Shown: positions 1 through 13,744 of the stretch, in pieces | Layout: each line of letters opens with the position of its first letter | How positions within the stretch are numbered: position 1 is the first letter of the stretch | Assembly: GCA_964035545.1 (NCBI GenBank) | Contig: OZ037767.1 | Span: 11,294,581-11,358,580, forward strand | Length of the DNA stretch: 64,000 nt | DNA from: Bugula neritina | Lineage: Eukaryota > Animalia > Bryozoa | Direction of reading: 5' to 3' | Notes under the pieces: generated by a model | Databases searched by the model: none | What the model saw: the letters and a program-made list of their open reading frames with translations, nothing else | What the model was told of the DNA's origin: nothing | Made by a program: the position numbers and the translations under genes

Positions 1-44
1 TAGTTTCACTGTTAGTGTGTTTCAATACTGACCAGTAGCCGTGT

Positions 45-96
45 TTATTGACCAGTATTGACAGGTATTGACAAGTATTGACAAGTATTGACAGGT
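45..96. repeat. 10-bp tandem repeat (TATTGACAAG-like, about 5 copies) in an OTUB1 intron
   Basis: tattgaccag tattgacagg tattgacaag tattgacaag tattgacagg read directly. Confidence 0.85.
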
Positions 97-134
97 AGTC
101 ATGCTCACCATGTTACTGCGTATATAGTTTATAG

Positions 135-1915
135 GGGAATTAGACAAGGTGTGTGATGGTGAAGGATGCCCCATCAGCGAATTAGAAGAATTGTTCAATG
201 ACAAAGGAATGTCAAACTATCTGGTTGTATTTTTACGGTAAGTTGATAACTCCAAATAAAGTTTTCTAACTTGTAGATTTTACAGTGTGACAACAAAAAC
301 TGGACTAACAAACAAACTCTCCATCATGAAAGTGTTTCTGCTCAGAAAATTGAATTAGTCCTGTGACATATGATGCTGATTTATTTTTTTATTTCAGCGT
401 AAGCTAGACTAAAAGTAAGTTAATAAGTTATACTAAGAATAAGTCATTAGTGAAACCGCTATAATCCCTATAACCACTATAAAACATGTTAATGTCATAG
501 CTAGAGTGTGATAAAGTGCCATTGTGATATTGTAACACTCTGTTTTATTTGGCTTACATATGTTGTAGGTTGATTACATCATCGCAGCTTCAAAAAGAAC
601 AAGATTTCTTTATTAACTTTATTGATGGTTACAGCACAGTAAAAGAGTTCTGCACACAAGTAAGACTGAAGTTGTAGTAAAATAATTTCCTTGTCATCTT
701 GTAGTGCTATACAATATGAATAGTTGTTTTCTCTCCAAAAACTATACTTTTTACGAGAAGTTGTTTTTATAAAAGAAACCCATAATTGTTCGATATGACG
801 GTGTCTGTGTCACTGGTTTTGTATATCTGTATTATCAGACTTCTACTGCATGTCTCAGAATCAAGCTATGGCATGTATAGCCAGTGGTTACACAAGTAAC
901 CACTGGCTATACATGTATATTGCTAGATCAGCACTTGGACAGATAACTCTTAAATTACGTTTTTGCTGCTTCTCAAATAAATTTTATTTTGCTGTTTTTC
1001 TCTGTGTTGTAATATAAAAAGAGTAAAGTATTGCCGGTAGCTACCGTAACTGTAGAAACCTTGGTAGAACATTGACTGGGTGTTGGGAAAGATGCTAGTA
1101 TGTATTCTAAGCCTTGGATATCGAGCTTAGTTTTCCCCATTCTTTTCCAGTTAATGTGGAACTAATATGTCTTCTAGTCATCTGTGTAGAATTGGCACGT
1201 GTCTTTTCAATTGATCATTAGTGGTGAACATGGGTGAACGTTGTCATTCAGAAATTGGCGTAAATACTTTAATTTGAAACTAATTTAGCAAACTTAGTTT
1301 ATCAAGTTCAAGGGTTGGATAAGTTAAAACGTGTTTTATAGAATCAAGCATAATTATTAGGTCATTTGTTCAAACTTCTATAGTAATTATCCGGTGGTCT
1401 GGGGGGTTTTCAAACACTAGCAACAAATTTATTTTTTGGTGATTGTCTTTTTTTAAAAAACAAAACAGTTTCTCTTTCTTAAAGAAGTTTAAAGCGCCGG
1501 CTCTCCCGAAAGAAAGTGCATTTAACATGTACACAAAGCTACACAAAACTTGTTCAATTTCACCAATTCCCAATAAATTTCTTTGGTCATCAGTCTAGTA
1601 CCAATTATTGCTTATCTTGCTGCTTTTCAACATTTATTATTATATTCAGCTCTTTCCGCTCAACATGACATCAGATTTCTATTTTTGTAACAGGAGATTG
1701 AGCCAATGGACAAAGAAAGTGACCACGTGCAGATGAATGCCTTGACATCTGCTACTGGCATCTGCATGAGAGTATTCTGTATGGAGAGAGGTCAATATTC
1801 CACTGTGACATTCCCCAGTGATGGTAAACCTATCGTACATCTTTTGTACCGACCTGGACACTTCGACATCCTATATCCGTCTGCACATGCAACTGCTGAC
1901 CCACCTACTTCATAA
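135..1915 (+). CDS. OTUB1: Ubiquitin thioesterase otubain (peptidase C65), last three coding exons; 5' part lies upstream of the window
   Basis: Phase-compatible GT-AG exons 135-237, 569-659 and 1694-1915 translate to ...ELEELFNDKGMSNYLVVFLR/LITSSQLQKEQDFFINFIDGYSTVKEFCTQ/EIEPMDKESDHVQMNAL...LLYRPGHFDILY. This is collinear with the OTUB1 C-terminus (FNDQSTSDYLVVYLRLLTS...EVEPMCKESDH...LLYRPGHYDILY), including the catalytic His. Confidence 0.93.
872..915. repeat. Perfect inverted repeat, 20-bp arms and 4-nt loop
   Basis: catgtatagccagtggttac-acaa-gtaaccactggctatacatg. Confidence 0.9.
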
Positions 1916-2053
1916 TCTAGTGGCCCGCCTACTTCGTAATCTATTGGCCCGCCCACTCTGTAATCTAATGTACTGCTCACCCTGTAATCTAATGTACCGC
2001 CTACTCTGTACTCTAATGTACCGCCTACTCTATCTAGTGTCACGCCTACTCTG
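1904..2053. repeat. Degenerate 24-bp minisatellite (about 6 copies) overlapping the OTUB1 stop codon
   Basis: Units such as cctacttcataatctagtggcccg, cctacttcgtaatctattggcccg and cccactctgtaatctaatgtactg; period 24. Confidence 0.85.
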
Positions 2054-5000
2054 TTTCACTTTGATCTGCTAGTTCTACTCTTCACCTATTTTTTCAGCTT
2101 CCGTATAGAAAATTTTCTTTTGTCAAAATAACTTGAAAACTTGTATCATAGGTTTTGCTTTTGACTTTTGGATTAAAATATCAGGTTTTCTTATTATAAC
2201 CTGTTAGATAAATTTCACTGTAATATATTGTCCATGTATTATATGCAATCTCGCCCATTATAACGTATTGCATTATCTTCAAAATAAATTATAATTATAA
2301 TCAAGATAATATTTATATTTTATTTGCTACCCATGAAAGTTTATGAGAAAAGAGGCATTTATGGTTGTGATGTTTTAAGTTTCATCAGTTCCTGTATTTG
2401 CTCATTTCTAGAAAATGTAAAGCACTTTGCTATTATGATAAAAACACACTCCTAGGTGAAACTAGCATAGGGATTCTGAGGGTTTTAGCTGAATCAATTT
2501 CCCACCATTGAATTGAGAATTCTGCTAATGTTTGATACCCTTCACCTGTGATTTCTTTATGTTGGGTGATTAAAGATTGTGTTGTGTTTTGGCTCCTCAG
2601 ATTTCAATCCAACACAAAAAATGCCTTTGGAATTGAGAGTGGGCAACTAATGGAGATATAAACACTCACCCGGTAGCTCCTTGGTTTAATCATTATTGGC
2701 CAGTTTACCCAAATTCACTGAATTTCTTGTGTTTTTGAGTTTTGCTTTTATAATAAAATTTTCTTCTAGTATCTGCAATGCTGCCTAAACACGTGATACT
2801 TAACTTAAATGTGTAGAGTACTATCATTTCTATTCACAAAACTCTGCCTTGCTGAGTTTTTATCCAGAGATCATGGTGAAGATTTTCAGCCACTGGGGCT
2901 CAGCATGTTAAACTGTTCATTCCTATCAAAAGGTTGCAGGGAATGCAGTTGATTTTTTTAAATTATTTATTCCCTTTGCACATAAACCTACCCACAGATG
3001 ATTAAATTTAAATGTAGCTAATGAGCATAAAATTGTGCGCATCACTAAATATAATAAATTAATTAAAAATGATTTCGTCTTTCTTGTACTCGATGACTTG
3101 CTATTGTTTTTATATTTGTCTTAGACTTTCATAACATACAATAATATGACATGGTATATTTGTATGAATTGCAATTAGAGAAAAAAGCAAATTGTCCGCC
3201 TAGGGATTTTCACATAATATATTTGAATTCCTGTTTCACTCTTTTGACTTCCGAGCATGAACACGTATTAATTACAAAATTAAACATAGGCAAAAGTTTG
3301 AATGCAGTAAACTTTTTAATTATGTGAGGTGATGATGATATATATAGTATAGCCAGCGTTTGCACTTATTATCCTTTCCTGGTAAACTAAGTTCTGGTGT
3401 TGAGTCGGGTGGAGGTACAGATGCCCGCAATAGCATCCTGAAAAGTTGAGGTTTTAGCAGTTGCACTAAAAATCTTTCCTTTAGAGACACGCAATGAGAT
3501 AAACACCAAACAACCACACATAAAGTTCATCTGCTAGTGGAAGGAAACTACAAATTGAATTTGGCATAACGAGCTACTCATGTAGATTCTATTTGCCATG
3601 TAAGAGGTTATACTGCTATAATATGCCAGCTAATGACAGCCTAAGCTAATAATATTCATGTTGACTAAAATATTTTAATGCAATAGTGGTGTATAGCAGC
3701 AATTAGAACAACAAAACATTTTTCGTCCACTTTATATTTCTAAAATATATACCAGCTGATGCATGCATGCTTCAATTACAAATTCATAATTCAGTTATTC
3801 ACTCTATAGTCTATGCATACTTTAGTATTCAATGTTTAGCAGTTTCTCATTCTGTAAGCGTCCTCACAGGATTTCATACAGAATTATTTAATTTCCCTGT
3901 GAATATTTAATATATTTTTTCCACAAAGCAAACCTCATGTTGTCTGGCAGATTACATATGTTACTTCATGTTGCATTAATAATATCTGATTAATCTAATT
4001 GTGAATTTGGAGACTGCACGAGCATTGCAAATATACACTTGATTTATATCTGCCTTTCAAACAAAAGAATTACTGTCAATGATACAAAAAGATGTAACAA
4101 ACAAGAAGTTAATGAAGATGCTAGCTGGGTGACAGAGTGTCCCTGTGTCAGGTTGTGTGGATGATTTAGATAGTGAATGTCGCCACCGTTAATGTTTAAC
4201 TAACTAATCAATCAAAGAATTGCTAAAATAGTTTCAACTAACCATAATTATAAAATGTTTGTTTTAAAAGTGTCATTATAAATGAGCAAAATTCATACTT
4301 TATAGATTTTGGCAAAAAGAAACTTGCAGTAGACTATGTATGCAGATTGTTTAGACTAATGGTACAAGTTTAACATCAATTTCAGGAATTTGAAAATTCA
4401 ATCGATGTTCTAATTTCTCAAATTATATACCATAAATTTGTTATTTTCACTCAAACTCATCTTGTAATTGTTTTGCAAGATGATAAAATAGTTGTAGTTT
4501 AAATTTTACATTTTAATTTTTACTTGAATGAAACTAATAAACACGTTATTAACATTGGTTTTTCGCAGCCCATCCTATTAGAACTTGAAGACTAGAGATA
4601 ATTTGCATGGCAAAGAAGCTCAGGTTTTCAACAAGCTATTAGAAAGTTAACAAAGTAGACAAGAAAACTATTACAGAATGAAAAGTTATTAGGTCATTGA
4701 TAGATCTATTACTCATCGGCAAAGAGAGTTCATCTTGTTTTTAATAGTGATATTTGCTCCACTTGATTCAGATAACAAAAGAGTCATTTTTCAAGATGGA
4801 ATAAATACTATTTAGCAATAATCACTTCCATTCACTTACTTCTTTAAGCAATTGTCTTCAATTATTCCACAAGTCACAAAATCAATGGAAAGTTTGAAAA
4901 CTTGATTTTTGTTTTGGTTCATCCTCTGCATTATTTGTCTGCCAAACAATAGTCCGTCAATAGTTCCATTCAAATCTACACACATGATTGAAAACATTTT

Positions 5001-5184
5001 GAAAAAATAAAGAACACAATCAGGGGTGAGAGCAGTGCTTTGGGATTTTATCTGTGCATTGGTCTATTATTTACAAAAGTTTAAATTGTATCAGACATTA
5101 ACCAAACATTAGTGGAGAGACGAATTCAACTGAGGCATAACTAATGCTTAGTCAAAAATAAGTAAGGTAAAGTTAATGTACTAA

Positions 5185-5391
5185 ATGATTGTTTGCAAAA
5201 TGGCTGGCACAATGAATTGGAGGCAGATAATGATGCTTTCCTTGTGTCTTCTTGGATGGGTCATCAAGGGTGTTTGCCATGCAGATGCTAAAAGAGTCAC
5301 TCCAAGTCAAGTACAAGCTAAACGTCCAACTCCCAGCTGGAGTTCTACTGAACCAAGTGACCTGAGCACACCAAAACTCAGCCTATTTTAG
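5185..5391 (+). CDS. Possible small secreted peptide precursor (unconfirmed)
   Basis: 68-aa ORF with a signal-like stretch (MNWRQIMMLSLCLLGWVIKGVCHA) followed by two AKR(V/P)TPS motifs. No homology recognised. Confidence 0.25.
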   Translation: MIVCKMAGTMNWRQIMMLSLCLLGWVIKGVCHADAKRVTPSQVQAKRPTPSWSSTEPSDLSTPKLSLF

Positions 5392-8300
5392 TTTATCACA
5401 AGTAATTATATTTGTTTATTTTGTATCAACCTGCTGCTGCCAATGCCCAGCTAAGAGGTTAAGAGATACATCTGTGTATTAGATTTCAGACGAGTTTACG
5501 TTATACAGAAATGAGCTTCCACAAGCTACATTTTTATGAAATATATAATGACATCATTTCATAACATATATTAATATAGTAAACAAACTAATTATGCATT
5601 TACATACAGTAACTAAACAATAAAAATGACAAACTGAACAAAGCAGTAAAGTCGGGTGGTCATATAATATACCGTAAACCTGTGAAAACAAACCACACCA
5701 TATATCATCAGGTGTCAGTAATCTGATACTTATAATATACTGACACCTTCCTTAGTTGGTTAGAGGTTAATCTACCTCAATATCTTTTACAAATAAATAA
5801 GAGTCAAGTAATACTGGCTTCTAATAACATACTAGCTTATAACTTAACATTTAAATGCTGAATCTAAGAATTATTCAATTTTATTTTGTTTTTTAGAGTT
5901 AATGCAAATAGTAAGTAGTAAGTACATACTAAAAAGTTGTCACCTGCAGCTTTTAGGTTAAAATATTATGTAATTATGCGAGTAATTAAAATATCTAGTT
6001 TTTGGTTTAGGTTTGGAGAGCATATCTACACCTTATTTTACGGACAACTTCTTATGCTACAGATTTTTCCTGAAGGAGAATCGCAGACGTGCGTCTACAC
6101 ACTTGTTCAGTTATTTATAACTACTTGCAGCTGCACAAACACAGCAACCAGTAGCCTAATTATATTTTTATATAAGTTTAAAATATGTATAACAATACTT
6201 ATGTTACATGTATATACCTATAATTATTGTGATCTAATATTAAGTCCAAAATGTGCTGAAAAGCTCCTATAAAAACGTATAAACTAAAAAGACTTCTCTA
6301 CCAGTAGCTTTTAGCTTAAAAGTAATTTTATATGATAATAAAATATGCATATGTATATAAGTTGTTTCTGGTCATTTATTTTGCATTTAAAAATTTGAAG
6401 TGCATTTTAATTTTGTTGGAATAGGCTGTAACAATGCTTCATATTTGCAAGAAAAATTAATAAAATACTAAAATATATAAATTTATCAGCAGTATGATTG
6501 CAATATTGTTTTAGCCTAATAACTGGTCCAAATTATAGTTGGGCTTTTGTCACTTTAATTGCAAATTATATGCCAAAACCAATCTTGATTTTTGATCTGA
6601 TTTTCCACACCTTGTCCTGGTTGTCAAAGCTATCATGTTACTCTTTTCTCATCGGCATAGCCCTTGGGCTATAGAAAGATTCTGCACATAAACAGCACAG
6701 TATGTCGGGTCTGAAAACAGTAGGCAATGTGCCTGATGGAAAAATTAAATCTTTTGTTACACTCTAAAGTATTTGTTTATATTGCTTTGTAATTTACAAT
6801 GTCCTCAATGAGATAGTGAGATTACTGCGATTGCATTTTCTTGTTTACCCACAGTGTTTTAGAGTGTGTATTCTAAACAACGGCTATGTTGACATATAAT
6901 ATCTCAGTACTAATTAGCTCATGGCAAATTAAACAAAGGCATAAAGCAACATTGGGCTAAGTAAAAGATACAACTTATTCACATAAAATATTTTAAACAT
7001 TGCTGTACTCAAACCATAACATTGACAGATTTGACACTTGCAATATTAATAATACAAAAACAATACAAACATGCAGTTACAGTCATTTTCAACTGTTTAG
7101 ATTATGCTATGTGTTTGATTCTAATGCTGGTTAATAGCCTTATTTTCAATACATTTAATATAACATAAACACTACTTCTAATTTATAAGCAACCCCATTG
7201 TCTTGAGCTCAGATGTGATTGTTTTATAGTGCAGACAGCTTCTATGTAAAGTTCATTCTACAGATAGCTTATAATAAATTTAAAAGGTATCTAAATAAAT
7301 TGAAGCCAATAAATGTAAGTTTGGAAGAAGGAAAATATCTTCACTTACAAGAACCAGTAAAAGAAACAGTGTGCTCTAGAAATAAGATGAGCTAAAATAT
7401 TCTTATTTTAATGCAGTTTTCGGGCCTTTTAATATTGATTTAAAACTTTATGAACCAAATTTTGAGAATTTTTTTTGTTTAATATCAAATAAATTTTTGT
7501 CACGATCATGTTGCTTTTTCCTTTTCCTAATAATATTGCTGTAGCATTTGAAACTTACAACAGTAGTATATACCCAAAGAAGTGCTAATTTGCTTGATAC
7601 ACTACACCTGCCTCTATCTCTATCTGTGAAAGCCTAGCGGCAGCAACAGCAGACATCTGACTGCACATCTGACTGCACATCTTCTGCTTCATTTCTTCAT
7701 CATATAATACCTTGGGTAATCATAAACTGTGCAAATCTCTCCTTTACTTCCTAAATTAATTATGAAGCTGTGCATGAGACTTGCTTATCATAGTTTTAAA
7801 TGCTTATCTATGCTTCAACTATTATATTAGGCTTGAGGCTTCATTCATGTGAAAAGAAGTGTTGTCAGCTTAGGGTTTGGTCTGGAGTTTTGTCTGTTTT
7901 ACTCTATATGTACTTCTGTCAAAATTTAGTTAGAAAAGTTGCTTGTTTTCCTTTCCTCAAAACCTGAAACATGGATGAGTCTAACTTGTGAGTGCATACA
8001 GACTCTACATAAAGTTTCTACGAACCTGCTATTAATAAGTACCATCCAAGATAATTTCAGCTCAAAAAGAGGTTTAATAAATACAAAAACACTCCATATT
8101 ATTACAAAAAGCTTTCTATACGTAAAGTTTTGTGAAATTTAAAAGACTATTCATATTAGCTAATATACAAAACTTATTTCAAATGTTTCCTTCAGATTCA
8201 ATGTTTATATTTACCTCTTACCATGCAACACTCTGAGTCTTTACCTACAAGTATGTGCTTTAACTATTTTATATATAACTATGTTTTATATTTTATATTG

Positions 8301-8898
8301 TTTAAATACTAAACATATATTTTAGCCACCTTAAAGTAGAAACAGCTCAGCTTTATTTGTGACAAAATATTAGTGTTTTGTAATTTCCTTTTGATATGCT
8401 GGTTTAGATATTATATGCTCCTTCAATGCTCAAAGCATATAATATTATGTAGACATAATATGAAAACAGACACACAGAGTGTTACACTTGCACTGAGTGG
8501 TATAACACTTTATGAATTACTATAATTAACTGATAGGGATCTGCTATCAATTTGAACATCAAGGTTTATATTGCATGTATATTTAATAGCAACAGTATAC
8601 ATGTGGTCTGGCATGTCAGGCTGTAACTGCGTATTATAGTTCAAGTTCCTCACAATATTATTCATATTAATTATGTTTATTTGTGTGTATATATTTAGGT
8701 GTTTAGACAAGTGCAGTAATTATGCATATCTGTTTATTACTGACTGGAAAATATTTGAAGATATGGTTGGCTGACTGGGAGCCATAACACCAATTATAGT
8801 TCATTCACACAAGTCTATGCATGGGTGTCTAATAAGATACTTCTAGTCACGTACTGCTTTCTGATGGCCTGATGGTAGCAGATATACTCAGTGAGATG

Positions 8899-9000
8899 AG
8901 GGATAGAAGTATTGCTATAAGAGAAAGGCAGGTAGAAAAGGTGTGACCATGGTCACACCTTTTCTACCTGCCTTTCTCTTATAGCAATACTTCTATCCCT
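8899..9000. repeat. Perfect 102-bp palindrome with no spacer
   Basis: agggatagaagtattgctataagagaaaggcaggtagaaaaggtgtgacca|tggtcacaccttttctacctgcctttctcttatagcaatacttctatccct, centred on CCATGG. Confidence 0.95.
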
Positions 9001-9182
9001 TTCTTTTCAGTTCTCTCAAAGCTATTATGATACTCTACTGTCTCTATGCTACTTGATAAGTCACACAGCAGCGTTTACTTCCAACTTCTGTTCTTTTTTC
9101 AGTTACTTAGTCAGCATAAGTTACAATTGATAAAGATCTAAAATTTTACCACTCAAATAGTAAAAGAATATTTGTATTATAT

Positions 9183-9382
<200 letters not shown>

Positions 9383-10723
9383 TTCGATCCTCAGCATACT
9401 ATCACTACTTGCAGTAAAAACGGTTCATGAAAAAATTTTAACTTCCCTCTTATTTTGAAAGCCTGTGTGCTGCTTTAGCTTAAGGCTAAGGCCCCATCAC
9501 ACAAGCGGCTGGCTTCACTACTACCTCTAGCATTGTAATTGACAAGTTGCCTTTGAGTGAAAGAATCCTTTCTTTCTCAATGAATTAGACACTAATAAAT
9601 CATTTAACATTCAACAACATTTTTTTATAAATATTATGCTTTTGTCAAAACATTATGCGCTCCACTATTCACCAGAGTAATGCAGGTTTTGTTAGTAATT
9701 GTTCTCAAACATTGACAAGATGATACTTTGTTATACAATAAAATCTAGAGTTGAACAAATTTGTTTATAAGTATTTTCCTTTGATCTTCACGAGTACCTT
9801 AGCATAGCAAAACTAAACTTTTGCTGCTTAACTATAAACAATTGTTGGCTCTCATATGAAAGTTGACAGCAGTCACATATGTGGCAATATAGAGATAAGT
9901 TAATCTATCTACATGCAGTAGTAGGATTGTTATATCATCAGACAATTTACAGCACAGTAACATCAAATTGGCCGATTTTAGAAATTAAACTTACTGGCTC
10001 TCATTATTAGGATGTTCAAGTAGCAAATTTGCACTTGAGTCATAAAAAAACTCGTGCACTAAATAGCACCCATAACCATACTAGCTACTACAATATGCAC
10101 ATATTATACATGACTACATGTTATATAACTCTGTATAACACCCATGAGTAAGATTAATTATTTACTGGTTTTTATAGGTGAAACTGAAAAATAAGCTATA
10201 ATTTATTGATAAAGACACTAATCAAAGTTGAATTTCAAGTACAGCCTTTTCATACACTATGCATTATTTACCTAAAGTTTATTTTGATGGTGTGATGGTT
10301 ACTTCAGGGAAGGTATTGCACTGTTGTTAGCATACTTTATCTAATATTTAAATACACATTAGGCTAACTGCTAATTAATTAATAAAAAGAAGGATGTATG
10401 TGAGAAAGGGCAAACTTTGTTTACTGACAAAGAGCAAAATTATTTATTAAATACTTGTTTTCAAAGCTTTATACAAAATTGTATGGCCATTTGTTCTGCT
10501 TCAGGTACATAATTGTTTCATTTTATTTGCATAATTTCTACTTTTGAAACCTGTAGTTTGAAATTCTGACAAGTAGTCTATTTTTCACAATTTATTTACT
10601 ACAGGATGTACCATGCATAATGTGCCACACATAATATGTAACATTATTATAGTAAAAAATGCACAGAACAGCATAACCACAGCATGATTCTCTCACAAGC
10701 ACACTTTCATCATTATTTATATC

Positions 10724-11025
10724 TCCCTACACACGCTTTGCCGTAACATAGGCCATAACGTAAAATGTCAGCCATTTTTAATGTGTCCTGGCTAAAGTTC
10801 TCAAAGTTCGCTATTGGGTACGATCTATGACATCTCATTAGACATTTATATTTAATGAGTTGACGCAAACCTCTCCCTGTCTAATAGGAGCCCGATGCAA
10901 TTTTTTTAAATCAAGCAGTGCTTGATCCTGACATACCACAACGTCATACGGTGAGCTCGGACATTTTTATAAAAATAGCTGACGTTTGCCGTTACGCCCA
11001 CGTTATGGCCAAGTGTATCTTTGGG
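10724..11025. mobile_element. Putative MITE (about 300 bp) with imperfect terminal inverted repeats of about 50 bp
   Basis: Left tacacacgctttgccgtaacataggccataacgtaaaatgtcagccattttta; reverse complement of right end tacacttggccataacgtgggcgtaacggcaaacgtcagctattttta. CpG-rich relative to flanks. Superfamily not assigned. Confidence 0.6.
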
Positions 11026-13744
11026 GTAATAGTCACAATAGTTGTGAGAACTTGATAATAAAGCTTCTTTAATGGCTGTAAATTTCTTTGCCTGGAAACA
11101 CAACCTAAAGATTTCAAAAACAACCCAGGAATAAGTTTAGGTGGATGCTTTTGCTAATATTAGAAAGGATTTTTGTGAGATTTGGACAGACAGTCTAGTA
11201 CAGCGTGTTAAAGAAGCACCCATTCTACGGAACTCCGTCTATGCTACAAATAACACAGCTGATGTGTAGTTGCACAATGTAATGTAAAGCAAACAGTGGA
11301 TGACTAATTCTATTCTTATGATTGTTAAGTCATCTCTATTACTTAAATGCAAACACTTTTTTAAATATGCAAAGGCGCCTTTGCTTAGCCTTCCTAGTGA
11401 AGGATAAGATCAATGTTGTCAATTTGCTATTCTTATTTGTGTTAATCAGTGAAAAACAAACACACAATCAAACCAACATTTGCTACAGTTCTATTGTTGA
11501 AAAATTCAATAAAGAAAACAAGCTCTATTATTTCTGGCAGATAAAATAATGAATCGTCTCAGAGAAATTAGGATTTTAATTATAAACAAGATCAAACTAA
11601 GTTGAAACAAATAGTTGTCTATACTAAAATTGTTATTGGAGACGGAAGAAGGGAGATAAGGCGCTGGCAGTCAAAGTTGCTCATGAAATAGTGAGTCACT
11701 TTATGGACTCTACTCTGCCTTTTGTCCGTTAGCAGACGTGCTAAATTAAAAAACTGCTTTATCTTCACTAAAGTTCTATTCTCACAGACTGATGGCCAGA
11801 AACTTTAGAGTCAAAAATAAAAACTTCCTAAGACCTTGGCTCCTTTAAAACAGTAGTATTGCAAATCAACAACCTAAACAAAAGGGTAGAAATAATGTAA
11901 TACTGTAAACTATTATCAGATAACTTCGGCAAAGAAACAAATGACAGTACATGGATCGAAGTCTTCTCTTAGGCAACTAGTATAATTTTTACAAAATGGG
12001 AGTTGTGTGAATGATTTTATAACTTAGTCTAAAAACTTGCTTAATAGTTATTGTAGTTTCATGTTTAGATTTGAAATTTTAGACAAATTCATGCAGCAAA
12101 AGTTGAAAATATTGTGCTTTTATATTGAACTTCATTTCACTGTTTTAAATTGGTTTGTGCGATAAAATATGTTGCTAGTAATGCACTCAACGTGGCTTAT
12201 TCAACCAGAGTTTAGTTTAGGAACGAGACTCGGTAAGTTGTAAAACAATCGAAAAGCCTAATTTGTTTACTTAAAACAAAATACCAGTCTTTATTAGGTG
12301 TTTGAACATTTTAATTACCTAATCAATGATTCAGTTGTAAAGTATATTTAGCCACTCTATTACACACTAATAATTTTTAAATTCTTTTGCTTAGCCTTGC
12401 AGAAATTTTCGGCAAAAAACAAAGGAGTTTTGGCATAACTTTTCTCTGTGGGGGCCTTCAAGCAACGCAGCATGGGTTTTGATAACTGAGTTTGTTATTT
12501 TTAAATCTCTGAGACACCAATATTTTCATAAAGCTCTTTAGACCTCTAATTACATTTTATGACCGTATACGAATGCACTAAATGAAAAGAAATGCTGAAC
12601 AACATTTATGCACACTCCTAATTTGTTTATGTTAGCCAAATTATTTTTTCAGCCTTTAAATACAGGTATTAAATTCTATTATGTCAACATTTAGCTATTC
12701 ATAAATTTAACACAATCATTTCCAATATTTATTGTAATTGGCACAACAAAAGCCTCCAACTTTCAGTGGGTCTTTTTGCTTGTGTTTCATCGTGAGAAAA
12801 TTATTTCTTAATTGCTACATTTTCTAATTAACAACAAATACCTGTTTATAACAAACAAGTAATGAAAGTGTTAACCAAATATCAGTGTTTTGTTTATCAA
12901 TAATGCACTGATTAGCTGTGAATGATACAAAAACTTGTTTAAATCGAAACAAATGGTCTTAAGACAACAAATGTAATTCTCCGTGCATGAATAACCCAAA
13001 CATGCGTCTATAAAACCAACAATCACAGCTACCACTGATACGTCATGTCTAAAGCAGACATCCAGATTGCTTCTCCATTCAACAGAACTTAGTAAAATAG
13101 TTTAGAAAAAAAAACCAATTAACAAATGCAGCTATCTTTAGAGAATACAAATTGATTTTATTTTAGGAAAAAATTAATTTAATTCAAGCGAATTTAGCTT
13201 AATAATTGTACTTATTTAAATATCTCATTGCAGTAATTAATATTATGTATGTTAAAATACTATGTTCTTTTCATGTGACTATTATTACTTTGCAAGAAGG
13301 AAGTATATTTTTTATGCTTTTACATGGCTTCTAGTAGTTATATTGAAAAGGATATTTTAGCAACTGTTTCTTTTATTTTCAGGTTTCTTGAGATTTTGTT
13401 GTTTTTAAATGATGATAAAATAAAGTAAACTATGATAAGTTGATAAGTGAAAGTAGAAGATACTTTGATTATGATAATCATAATAATAATATTTTTAGCT
13501 GAGAAATAAATTTCCACAAGAATCAAGTTTAGAAAAGCTTATAAAGCTATGGTTAGTTTACTAACGAGTGTAGTTTCTGAATTTATCATAAAGTGCTGCA
13601 TATCTGACAAGTAAAAAATCAATGAAAATATAAAATTAGATTTTGTTTAAAAGTTAAATAAAAACCCACATTTGTCATTAAAATTTGTGAGAATAATTTA
13701 TGAAAATGGTTTTTATGTGGTCTGAGGAAGTTTTTTTGTGTGGC

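Noticed and set aside
1792-2072. Overlapping repeat-peptide ORFs at the OTUB1 3' end
   Set aside because: Open frames of the 24-bp minisatellite.
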